Of a stretch of 64,000 bases of DNA, positions 52,841 to 64,000 are shown one piece after another. Origin of the DNA: Felis catus (lineage: Eukaryota). The stretch's first letter is position 1. Every line of letters begins with the position of its first letter. Location of the stretch: assembly GCF_018350175.1 (NCBI RefSeq), contig NC_058368.1, forward strand, positions 191,024,001 through 191,088,000, given 5' to 3'. The position numbers and the translations under genes are program-made. Under the pieces are notes generated by a model that ran no database searches, was not told the origin of the DNA, and saw only the letters and a list, made by a program, of their open reading frames with translations.

Positions 52841-54083
52841 ATCTAAAAGGCAACTGGCATCAAATCTCTCCTGAGTCTTGAACATTAAAAACAAGCAAGC
52901 AAGCAAACACCCTACTGCCAAGAAACAGAAATAGACTGTCTTTAGCAGAAAGCAAAAAAGAACTCAGTTCTTCGCAAGAATCCAAGGCATTCGTGAGCTT
53001 TGGAACCCAGCACCTGTGTTCTTCTTGCGGATGTCGTTACAGTAGGGAATTAAAGTCAAGTGGGATTTTGCTTTTGCTGCAAAAAATCTAACAAAACTTT
53101 AAATTGAATCTCATCCTTTCTCTTTTAGACATGTGTTGCCGTAAGTCACGTTCTGTGACGGTGTTCTGCCTGGGCAGAAGTTAGCTGGAAAATGTTGCAA
53201 CTCACAGGCTTACCCACTGCACCTGTTGCAAAATTTCCCTGAGGGGCTGCTGCAAAAAGCATGCTAACTTTAGACTATGAGCAAGGGAGGAGGAGGAATC
53301 CATCACGTTCTCTGGGACATGCCTGTTGGATCATGGTCTATTTACCAAAATAGCTTCCAAGGACTGTTCTCCTTGGCAAACATAAAGTCACACACATACA
53401 TACATGTCTTTTATTCTTAAGCTAAAAGACGCTCCAAAATATTACTTTTTAATATTTTGGAAACAGACTAATTCAAGTATGTGATAAAAGCTACATACTA
53501 TGCCAGTGGAAAAAAATATATATATATATAATTTTAACACCCTTTCCTCCCTGCCCAGGCCTCCCCCCAGATTCCAGGATAAGAAAGCCCTACTTCAGAG
53601 AGATTAAGATTTTGCCTGGAATCTAGTAAGACCAAAACAAATGTTGGGGAAAAAGTGGACTGCCTAGACAAGATTCAACACTCATCCAGGCAGGATGGTA
53701 GCATGGAAATCCTTTTCCCAACAAAAAAAGGTTCACGGAATCTCAGTCCTAAGTGCCAAGGGCTTTCTAGGGCAAGTCAGTTCTGATACAACATCTCTAT
53801 CCTTGATGTTCTCTAAGAACATGCTGGCACTGGAAATATTTTTCTCAAAAAGCTATTATCCATGGACTCTTCACAGGGATGACAATTAGAGCAGGTATTT
53901 ACATCTGTGGAGTAATTTGAGAGGAGTTGAGAGGGGTCCATTTCCCTCCAAAAATTACCTCCATTAGAAATCCCTTATTTTAACTTAAGCTACTTTATCA
54001 ATGCCAGTGATGGAGACAACATGTTTAAATCTAATGCTATTCAAATGTTGCCTGTATTAGGTTGATATTAAAAAGGAAGAGCA

Positions 54084-54362
54084 GAGTGCCTGAGTGGCTC
54101 AGTCAGTTAAGCTGTGGACTCTTGATTTTGGCTCAGGTCATGATCTCAGGGTTCAGGGGATCCAGCCCCACGTGGGGCACTGCGCTGACAGCATAAAGCC
54201 TGCTTCTGATTCTCTTTCTGCCTCTCTTCCTGTCACTCCCCTTCTTGCACTTACTCTCTCTCAAAATAAATACATAAACTTACCAAAAAAAGGAGGAGGA
54301 GGAGGAGGAGGAGGAGGAGGAGGAGAAAGAAGAGGAGGAGAAGGAGGAAGAGGAGGAAGAGA
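54084..54362 (+). mobile_element. CAN-SINE followed by a (GGA)n purine repeat
   Basis: gtgcctgagtggctcag head; (GGA)n at 54291-54362. Confidence 0.93.
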
Positions 54363-54479
54363 AGACAACGCCGCCACCAGTGTTTTCTGTTGGTGTTTTT
54401 GGGTTTTGTTTTGATAAAGGCAGTATGAAGAAAAGAGCATCGTGTCTCCCACCATCTAGGCAACTGTGGACCAAAACTA

Positions 54480-54720
54480 ACAACAGCTAACATTTCTTGA
54501 GTACCAGGTGCTTTATAAAGTGCTCTCACTGCTCAATGTGACTTGGTTCTTCCCACAGTCCTACCCTAGGAAGTACTGTCATTATCTCGATTGCACAGAT
54601 GAGGACACTGAGGCTTCGAGACAGGAAGTGACGATCTTTGCATTGCACAGCTAATAAGTGGAGCATTGAAAATTCAACCTAGGTCCTCTGGCTCCAGGCT
54701 CTCAAGTCTTACCTTTACCA
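54480..54720. mobile_element. MIR
   Basis: cacagatgaggacactgaggct core. Confidence 0.85.
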
Positions 54721-55240
54721 AACACACCGTGTGCTTGAGAAGTCTTCATCCTATTGTGGCCTCAACAGATAACTAAGTGACCATGGAAAGTTACTCAATT
54801 TGGGGGGATTCAACTCTGAAATATGGCACTCAGCAACTATTCAAAAATTGTTTTGGAAATGAAAATAATATTGGATAACCAAACAGTCTTTAAAAAGGAA
54901 CAAATTTAGAGGACTTAGGCTCTCTGATTTCAAAACTTGTTAAAAGGCTACAATACACAAGACCATGTGTATTAATATAAAATAGATGCATACAAAAATA
55001 AAGAACAGGTGTAAGCAATTCAAGTTACCATAAATTCAATTAGAAAAGTTATGTATCTATTGCTAGAAAAAATTGGACAGGTATACGAAAAAAAAAAAAT
55101 ACTTGTCTCTTTTCTTACTCCATACATAAAAAGTTAATTCAATATGGATCACCAATCTAAATAGAAACCTGAGAACCTTAAAGCTTTTAGAGAAAATAAA
55201 TAATACATTTGTGATGTCTGAGTAGACAGACAGAAACCAT

Positions 55241-55291
<51 letters not shown>

Positions 55292-56553
55292 CTTAATCAA
55301 AATGTAAAATATTGCTCCTCAAAAGGTATCATTATGGAAATGAGTAGGTAAGGTATAGAATAGGAAAGAAGACATTTATACAACTTGTCTAAAGAAAAAT
55401 TTATATCCAGAATAGACACAAAACTCTACAAGACAATAAATTAGTGACAAATGCAATAAAACATTAGGCACAAACTTGAAAACACAAATTATAAAGGTTA
55501 TAGGAATGGCTATTAGGGATGAAAAGATGTTCAACATCATTAGCAATCAGAGAAAACCAAACTGAAACCAAAATAAAATAAGACTTTACACCATCAGAAT
55601 GTTTTTAGTGTTTAAAGAAAAATAGCAAATGTTGGAGAACATATAGAAAGAAACATAAACTGCTGATAAGAATATAAAATGGTACAATCACAAGTAAGAC
55701 TAGTTTGGCAGGTTCTTATAAAAAGTTGTTCCTTGAAATTTTTAGTCAGGACCCCTTTACTCTTTTAATTATGAAGAAGCCCAGAGCCTTTGTTTATACA
55801 GTGATTATAAATCAATAGCTACCATATTAGAAATTATAACATAAAAATTTTAAGTATTTCCTTATCAGTGCACTTGAAATGACAACATATTTAATATTTT
55901 AATGAGAACTATGCAGTATACGTCAAAACAAAAAGAATTAATAAAAGTTCTACGTGATTATAAATCTCTTAAAAATCTGGCTTAAGAGTAGACAGCTATA
56001 TTCTTTGAACTTTCTCTGCATTCTCTTGATGTTATTTTAGGTTGAAGTATGTGAAGGAAATCTTGCCTTACAATAGAAAAGTCATTGGAAAAGAAAGGAC
56101 CATTTTAATGGCCTTTTTGAGATAATTGTGGGTATTTTTTGTTGTCACTAAACCAACATCCGGGGCAGATTTTTGAAAGTGGAATCAAACCACGTCAATA
56201 AACTTTTGTGGTCAGTTACTTTAAAAGCCATTGGTCTATCTTGTTATATAGATTGATCTTTATCTCATGCATGATGTTGTAACATTAGGCAGTGACCATT
56301 TGGAAAACATTAGTCCTCTGAATGATGTGGATCTTCCAAATTACACAATCTTTTGATATCACATTTGCTAATACTACCACTAATCTCATCAGAAAAGAGC
56401 AAAATCCTAAAAGTTATTAAGCTCATGGCTAAAACATGTTTTCTGAAATTCTAATTTTTGTTTGGAAGCTCCAATTTTTCACTAACAACAAACACAGCCA
56501 GTTATTTTCCGTAAAGTGATAGACTTACTTTGTTTGTTTACAAGAAAATATCT

Positions 56554-56999
56554 GGGGTGCCTGGGTGGCTCATGGTTGAGCATCTGACTCTTGACTTCGG
56601 CTCAGGTCATGATCTCATGGTTCAAGTTTGAGCCATGTGCCAGGCTTTGGTCTGAGCATGGAGCCTCCTTGGGGTTCTCTCTCTGTCTGTTTCTACCTCT
56701 ACCCCACTCATTCTCTCTCTCTGAAAATATGCTTAATGTTTTTAGAAAGAAAATATTCGGGGTGCCTGGGTGGCTCAGTCAGTGAAGCATCAGACTCTTG
56801 GTTTCAGCTCAAGTCATGATCTCACAGTTTGAGGGCTCGAGCCCCGCATCAGGCTCTGAGGTGACAGCACGGAGCCTGATTGTGATTATGTCTCTCTCCC
56901 TCTCTCTCTGCCCCTCCCCTAATCTCTCTCTCAAGGTAAATAAACTTAAAAAATAAGTTTAAAAAAAAAAGAATTAAATAAATAAATAAATAAATTTAA
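56554..56999 (+). mobile_element. Two head-to-tail CAN-SINEs
   Basis: Heads at 56554 and 56759; target repeat aagaaaatat at 56542, 56747 and 57000. Confidence 0.95.
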
Positions 57000-57264
57000 A
57001 AGAAAATATCTGCCATCTATCCAAGTCTGAAAAATCAGTCTGTGTGTAAATAACAAATGATGCTCCATGAAAAAATTAGCTAGTTCAGCTTGTAACTCAA
57101 ACAATTGCACAACTATGTTTCCTTGAACTCAACAGCATACCTTGGTATGCAGAAGTGCCTTTTGTGTAATACCATTCCATCGTACAAATCATTGAAAATA
57201 TGAGTAATCTAAAGTAGAGATTTAATAAAATTAATCATTTTTTACTGATTCATCAAGGACATTC

Positions 57265-57489
57265 TTTTTTAAAGATTTTTTTTAGCATTTATTCATTTTT
57301 GAAAGGCAGAGGGAGACAGAGCGCAAATGGGGGAGGGGCAGAGAGAGAGGGAGACACAGAATCCGAAGCAGGCTCCAGGTTCCCGAGGGGTCAGCACAGA
57401 GCCTGATGCGGGACTCAAACTCATGGACCATGAGATCATGACCTGAGCTGAAGTCGGCCGCTTACCCAACTGAGCCACCCAGGCACCCC
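57265..57489 (-). mobile_element. SINEC_Fc-type CAN-SINE
   Basis: TSD caaggacattctt / caagaacattctt. Confidence 0.96.
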
Positions 57490-58249
57490 AAGAACATTCT
57501 TAACTGAAACTGCTATACTAAAAAGAGTGTTTGGTGTAGAATAAGGCAGGATTACCATGAGTACTTAAGGCTCCATTCATTTTTTACCCAACATTGCTTT
57601 TTGTATCAGTAGTGTAAAAGGTAAACATCATGTTAGAATTATCACAAAAAACCTACAATAGTCTGATGCTCCTCAGGGGTCCATGGACCATAGCCTGAGA
57701 ACCACTGTTAAAAATTTAAGGATCAACCTACCCTCTGACCCAGCAGTTTTACTCCTAGATCCTTACACGAAAGAAATGAAAATGTACATCTACCAAAATA
57801 CTAGATAACAAGTTTATAGCAAACTCATTCAAAATTGCCCAGAACTGGAAACAAAACTAATATCCATCAAAAGGAGAGAAGATAAACAATGTGTCATGTA
57901 TCTATAGAATGGAACTGTAGCGGATAATAAAGAAAAAGAAGAATGATAGCTGTGACAACTGGGTGTTTTTGTCCAAAACATTCTGTCTAGTGAGGGAAGC
58001 AAGACATAAATGAGTATATACTGTGTGGGTGTTCCTGAGGAGGTAGGACTAGAAAGGGACTGAAGGAACATTTCTGGAGGAAAAAATGTTCTATAGCTTT
58101 GTTTAGGTATATTTAATTTCCAAAACTCACTGAATGGAATGTTTAAGATTTGTACATTTTATTGCATGTTGATTATTATCTCCATGAAACTTCCGGAAAA
58201 AATTACATACTAGAAGTCTCAATTATTGAATTGGGTGTCTGACCTACAA

Positions 58250-59555
58250 TTTTAGTAAAAATAAAAATACAAAACAGGAAGAAAGAAGTAGTAAATATTA
58301 GATATTAATAAAACAGAATGCAGAAGATCAATAAAGCCTAAAGTTGATGCTTGGAAAAAACAAAATAAACCTCTGGCAAGATAGATCAGGAAAGAGAAAA
58401 AGAAACTATTATGAATGAAAACAGGATAGAGTGACAAAAACAAAACAAAACAAAACAAAAAAATGAGAGTAGTGAAGGCAGAGAGAGAGAGAGAGAAACA
58501 CTACCTGTAACTATATGTCAATAATTTTGAAAACCTAAATGGAATATCTAGAAAAATAATTCACTGAAACTTATTTAGGAACCCACCTCCACTCCTTGAA
58601 AACAAAATCAGATGGTGATTTTACAGATGAGTACTACCAAAATCTCAAAGAACAGATCCAAATTTCACACATACGTTTTCAATTAACAGAAAAGGAGGTA
58701 CAATTCAATAGGAGACTGACACCAAATTTATCAAAGTATCACAAGAAAGAAAAATTAGATGTTCCTTCTAAAAGCTTACTAAAATAAACCCATCAGTGTA
58801 ATATAATAACCACACGAGAATTGGGTTGCTCCCAATTGTGCAAGAGTGGCTTATTGCTAGAAAATTCATAAATGCTTTTCACAATATCGGATTTAAAGAG
58901 AAGAAAAATCACATGATTATTTCAGCTGGTACCAAAAAAATGACAGAATTTAACATGCATTTAGGGGGAGAAAAACAAAACAAAAACCCTACCATTTGTT
59001 GTTTCTAATTAGAAACAAAAAGTTCTGTAACCTGATAAACAGTATCTTTTGAAAACAATAACCAGAGCAAACATTGTCATAAATGGTTCAGTCTTAGAAA
59101 CACTCTTTAAAAAATTTTTTGTTAACGTTTATTTATTATTGAGAGACAGAGCATGAGCATGAGCATAGGAGGGGCCAAGAGACAGGGAGACAAAGAATCT
59201 GAAGCAGGCTCCAGGCTCTGTGCTGTCAGCACAGAGCCCCACGTAGGGCTCGAACTCACAAACCGAGAGATCATGACCTGAACCGAAGTCGGATGCTTAA
59301 CTGACTGAGCCACCCAAGTGCCCCTGAAACATTCTCTTTAAAATTCGGAATGAGAACATGCCAACCATCAGTGTACTACTGGATAGTGATGTTGGATTCC
59401 CAGCCTTTATAATAGAACTAGAGATTTTAAAGAACAGTGAAAAGAAGGAAATAAAACTGATAGGACTTGCAGATAATAGGATAGTTTACATAGACCTCTA
59501 CTTCCTCAAATATATACAGAGACAATTCATTGAAAACAATACAAGAGTTTAGTAA
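58250..59555 (+). mobile_element. Highly decayed L1M ORF2 fragment
   Basis: cagatggtgattttacagatgagtactaccaaa; aaaaatcacatgattatttcagctg; ttgcagataatagg (FADD region). Confidence 0.75.
59107..59324 (-). mobile_element. SINEC_Fc-type CAN-SINE
   Basis: Reverse head ctgagccacccaagtgcccc; TSD-like gaaacactcttta / gaaacattctcttta. Confidence 0.95.
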
Positions 59556-61043
59556 GGTGGCTTTTATTATTTTACTTGCTGACTGGGACTCCTGGATCTT
59601 GCTCTATGCAATTTAACCACTGGAAGAAAGTGTAGATTCTTTTGGAGTTAGGGAAAACATTGGTAAGTTTTTCCTTGAGTAAATTGTCCAAGTAGAAATA
59701 GTATTTATTGCAGAATTGTATTCAGAATACCATACTGAACCTGACTTTCAGCTAGAGGACAGTTCAGTTATACCACCTCCCCTTGTTTAACTGAGGTTAA
59801 CTGACTAATTGTAGTTTCTGTGATCTGAGGGACGTAAATAATACAACACAGGCCAGGTATGTTTTAGATGAATTAATTTACTAGGCATTAGATAAGTATT
59901 CAAACTAAATATTCTAGATGATGGGAAGAACCATCGCAACAGGAGACAATGGAGTCAAGTACAAGAGAGTGAAAATACGGTCATAATACATTTCTCATCT
60001 TTGTGGCTTTTTTCCTCGTTTTGAATTTTCACCGCAATTCAAGGATACTCGTGACTGGGGACTGATTTTGGCACACGATGTCTTTCTTGAGCATGTAAAG
60101 CTGGTATTGATAATGCTAGTTTACTTCTCCTGTTACTTGAATGGAGGGGAAGTTACTGCAGGAGGTGTGGGGAGGTCCCACATCTTGGGAGACAGTCAGC
60201 AAAGGGATAGACAAGTACGGGCCATGTGCTCAGAGAAAAGACAAGACAACGAGTCAGGTTTAGAAAGGCACAGAATCCAAGTCACCTGGCTTCTGCACTC
60301 GTTCCTATTCCAATTCTACTCTCTGACATCAGTTTTATGAGATGACAAAGTTAGTTCTGTGGGTTTCTGCTACTTTCAAGAATGAAGCGTTGACAAAGGT
60401 ATGTGGAAAAACAGGGTTTTAATGCATTGGAATGCTATTCTACTTGAAAAGACTAGGTATTAGTGATTTTTTCAGATACTTCTCATCTTAGCACCTTCTA
60501 AGAGAACAATTTGCGCCTGTTTCTAACTAGGGGCATAGACTCCAGGGGCATGTAAGTAGCACACTAGCCACTATCCAAAGCCACAGGATAAACAGGTTGC
60601 ATCTTCCCACAGTGTCCAATTTACTACATATTATGTAATTTAAGATCTTTTTTTTATTATTAAACTAAGACTTTGTATGAATATTTAAGATAAAATACCA
60701 GACTTCAAAGACATTTCTGCTTGTTGGCAGACTGCTTGAGGCCAAGTTTGAGCCTCATGGGGTCGCCCATTGCTTTCCTCTGCCATTAGGGGTTCTTTAG
60801 AAGAAACGTTTGAATACTCATGCATTATAATACCAATAACTAGAACAGTCCAAAAAGTAATTCCATTTGCCAACATGCATAATTTAGTCTCAGATTCTCT
60901 TCACAATTAAACGTCTCACAATTCCCTTCTCAAGACAATTATTATACAACCACAATGTTTCAAGATCTGCTTTGGGCATTGCTAAGAGAAATAGAAAAAA
61001 ATGTGTAACATTGCTGCCCAGAATACACAAATACAACCTATAT

Positions 61044-62555
61044 GGGGAAGAGGAAGGGGAAGGGGAAGGGGAAGGGGAAGGGAAAGGGAAAGAAAAAGGG
61101 AAAGGGAAGGGGAAGGGGATGGGGATGGGGAAGGGGATGGGGATGGGGAAGGGGATGGGGATGTGGAAGGGGAAGGGAAAGGAAAAGGAAAAGGAAAAGG
61201 GAAAGGCAAAGGGAAATGGGAAGGGGAAGGGGATGGGGAAGGGGATAGGGATGGGGAAGGGGATGGAGAAAGGGAAGGAAGGGAAAGGGGAAGGGGAAGG
61301 GGAAGGGAAAGGGAAAGGGAAAGGGAAAGGGAAAGGGAAAGGGAAAGGGAAAGGGAAAGGGAAAGGGAAGGGGAAAGGGAAGGGGAAGGGGAAGGGGAAG
61401 GGGAAGGGGAAGGGAAAGGGAAAGGGAAAGGGAAAGGGAAAGGGAAAGGGAAAGGGAAAGGGAAGGGGAAGGGGATGGGGAAGGGGATGGGGAAGGGGAT
61501 GGGGATGGGGATGGGGATGGGGAAGGGGAAGGGGAAGGGGAAGGGGAAGGGGAAGGGAAAGGGAAAGGGAAAGAAAAAGGGAAAGAGAAGGGGAAGGGGA
61601 TGGGGATGGGAAAGGGGATGGGGATGTGGAAGGGGAAGGGAAAGGGAAAGGGAAAGGAAAAGGGAAATGGGAAGGGGAAGGGGATGGGGAAGGGGAAGGG
61701 GATGGGGAAGGGGATAGGGATGGGGAAGGGGATGGAGAAAGGGAAGGAAGGGAAAGGGAAAGGGGAAGGGGAAGGGGATGGGGAAGGGGAAGGGGAAGGG
61801 GAAGGGGAAGGGGAAGGGAAAGGGAAAGGGAAAGGGAAAGGGAAAGGGAAAGGGAAAGGGAAGGGGAAGGGGAAGGGGAAGGGGAAGGGGAAGGGAAAAG
61901 GAAAGGGAAAGGGAAAGGGAAAGGGAAAGGGAAGGGGAAGGGGAAGGGGAAGGGGAAGGGGAAGGGGATGGGGATGGGGAAGGGGATGGGGAAGGGGATG
62001 GGGAAGGGGATGGGGAAGGGGAAGGGGAAGGGGAAGGGGAAGGGGAAGGGGAAGGGAAAGGGAAAGGGAAAGAAAAAGGGAAAGAGAAGGGGAAGGGGAT
62101 GGGGATGGGAAAGGGGATGGGGATGTGGAAGGGGAAGGGAAAGGGAAAGGGAAAGGAAAAGGGAAATGGGAAGGGGAAGGGGATGGGGAAGGGGATAGGG
62201 ATGGGGAAGGGGATGGAGAAAGGGAAGGAAGGGAAAGGGAAAGGGGAAGGGGAAGGGGATGGGGATGGGGAAGGGGAAGGGGAAGGGAAAGGGAAAGGGA
62301 AAGAAAAAGGGAAAGAGAAGGGGAAGGGGATGGGGATGGGAAAGGGGATGGGGATGTGGAAGGGGAAGGGAAAGGGAAAGGGAAAGGGAAAGGAAAAGGG
62401 AAATGGGAAGGGGAAGGGGATGGGGAAGGGGAAGGGGATGGGGAAGGGGATAGGGATGGGGATGGGAAGTGGATGGGGAAGGGGAAGGGGAACGGGATGG
62501 GGAAGGGGATGGAGAAAGGGAAGGAAGGGGAAGGGGAAGGGGAAGGGGAAGGAAG
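61044..62555. repeat. 1.5-kb purine-rich hexamer satellite (GGGAAG/GGGAAA/GGGATG)n with higher-order units
   Basis: Read directly; plus strand almost C-free; rare variant motifs recur four times in the same order. Confidence 0.97.
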
Positions 62556-64000
62556 ATATGATATATGTTTGCTTTTTTAAGACATTAAGAGATCCTTTAA
62601 TGATTTGCTTTCCTAATTTATACAGAAAGTTTATTAATGTAAAATGTGTTTATATTTTAATAACATTTTAACCTAAGTTTTCGACAGTAAGAGTAATTTG
62701 GTAAACCACAAAATTAAGCTAAATTCAATAAACTGAAGCAAAAGAAATCATTAAACTCTCTCCAGAGCAATGCCTATTTCCAAGCTTTTGGTTAAGTGTC
62801 TATAAAAAAGAGCCACAAGATATTTAGTTGTCTCTTTATTACCATTACTTCCCCATTGGCTTACTTGGTAATTTCAGATATACTTTATTTTCAGTCTGGA
62901 TTCATTTTCTGTTGGAATTGACTCAAAGGGAAAAAAAAAAGCACATTTTAATTTTCCCTGATCACTAGCTCCCAACTTCCAGTTTTGTGTCAGACAGTTA
63001 ATAATCTGTAAACAAACCCTAAAACACACTTGAGTCTTCCTTAAAGAGATTTCTAGATTTTGTTACACAATCTTGCAGTTGGTGAATTTTATAGGCAAAA
63101 TGAACACTGGTTAAAACTCTTTTTCTTTTTTATTTATCTTATTTATCTTTTTTTTTTTTTTCCAGCAAGTGGAACTGGAGCAGTGAGAACCTTGTTTCAG
63201 GGTCCCATAGCTCATTAGTAGTACGGCAGGATCTGGACATGAATTGCCAGCCCAGGACATTCTGCTTCCTTGCCTCTGCAAATTATTTGGGGTTTTATGT
63301 ATTGGATTTTGACATCGTTAATTTTATCTGCGGTCCTTATGATGTTCACACACTTTCTGTATCGATCATAAAAAGAACTACCACGCCTCCTTTGTGTATA
63401 CATCAAATGTCATCGTATAAAGGTCTCTTACTGTCTTTGGGAAATACCAGTGGTGACAAAGGTAGTCTTCAATGTTTCTTTATAAATTATATCTGACTTC
63501 AGAATAAATTCCAAAAAAGAGGAAATTCAAATTGATACTGTTGATTTTCATGGCCATGTAAGAAATTCCAATGGGAGAATGAATCAAAATTTCAATGCTC
63601 ATTATAGTTATAAAATTCCACAAGAGCCTAGAGAGAGCCACATCACATAAAATGATTCTTAATGTTATCATTTTTAATGTGTAAAATCTACAGACATGCA
63701 ATTTGAAACCTGTATGGGCACTTGGTCAGGAAATGTTTCTTACCAAGTAGACAGCCATATTTGTCACACATACACTTTGTTACACACTTCCTTCCTAAAA
63801 ATAACCTTTATGAATCATTTTTCTATGACTGAAAGAGTAATAATGTACTTTTTAGAGAATAATAACCGTAGGAAGCAATTTTTATACTAATTCCTATGGA
63901 ACTTCATTACTGAGGCTGGGAGAAAGAAAATTACTTGTGTAAGAACATACAGGTGATAAACAGAACACCAGGACTTTAATGCAAGTCCTTTAATATCAAA

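Larger units (their letters stand above)
55723..57707. mobile_element. Charlie1/Charlie1a-type hAT transposon with three SINE insertions
   Basis: Left end gtcaggacccctttactcttttaattatgaagaagcccagagc; right end caggggtccatggaccatagcctgagaaccactg. Confidence 0.85.
54820..58200 (+). mobile_element. Old L1M (ORF2 3' region and 3' UTR) split by Charlie1
   Basis: gaaaagatgttcaacatcattagcaatcagagaaa; host resumes after 57707 with ctaccctctgacccagcagttttactcctag; (TA)n at 55243-55287. Confidence 0.85.

Noticed and set aside
50130..53215. Isolated minus-strand donors near 50138, 51884 and 53210
   Set aside because: No paired strong acceptor or TATA; the 51884 site is equally explained as an AP-1 motif (TGACTCA)
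60972..62671. Long ORFs of 238-408 aa
   Set aside because: They are translations of the stop-free purine satellite in several frames, with no coding signature
1..64000. CRISPR arrays, operons or other prokaryotic-type systems; a gene symbol for the host gene
   Set aside because: The sequence is mammalian with no repeat-spacer array, and no exon could be matched confidently to a known gene

Overview
Mammalian genomic DNA from a cat-like carnivore. The 20 tRNA-derived CAN-SINEs include young SINEC_Fc-type copies, so a felid is inferred. Much of the window is interspersed repeat: carnivore and older L1s, L2, MIR, MLT1 LTRs, hAT elements (MER5, MER20, MER58, Charlie1) and a near-complete Tigger2-family transposon. 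It also holds microsatellites and a 1.5-kb purine-only satellite. I could not recognise any protein-coding exon by sequence, and the ORF track is mostly repeat-derived or chance ORFs. The unique DNA suggests the 5' region of a large minus-strand gene that I cannot name: a strong 47-nt internal exon (8423-8469), several candidate alternative first exons, and L1s oriented mostly antisense to it. The most notable items are a candidate recursive-splicing (AG|GT) site at about 40330, a tailless 5'-half tRNA-Gly(TCC) retrocopy with target-site duplications, and a higher-order G-rich satellite. I found no evidence of a new multi-gene system. Repeat subfamily names come from recalled consensus sequences and boundaries are approximate.
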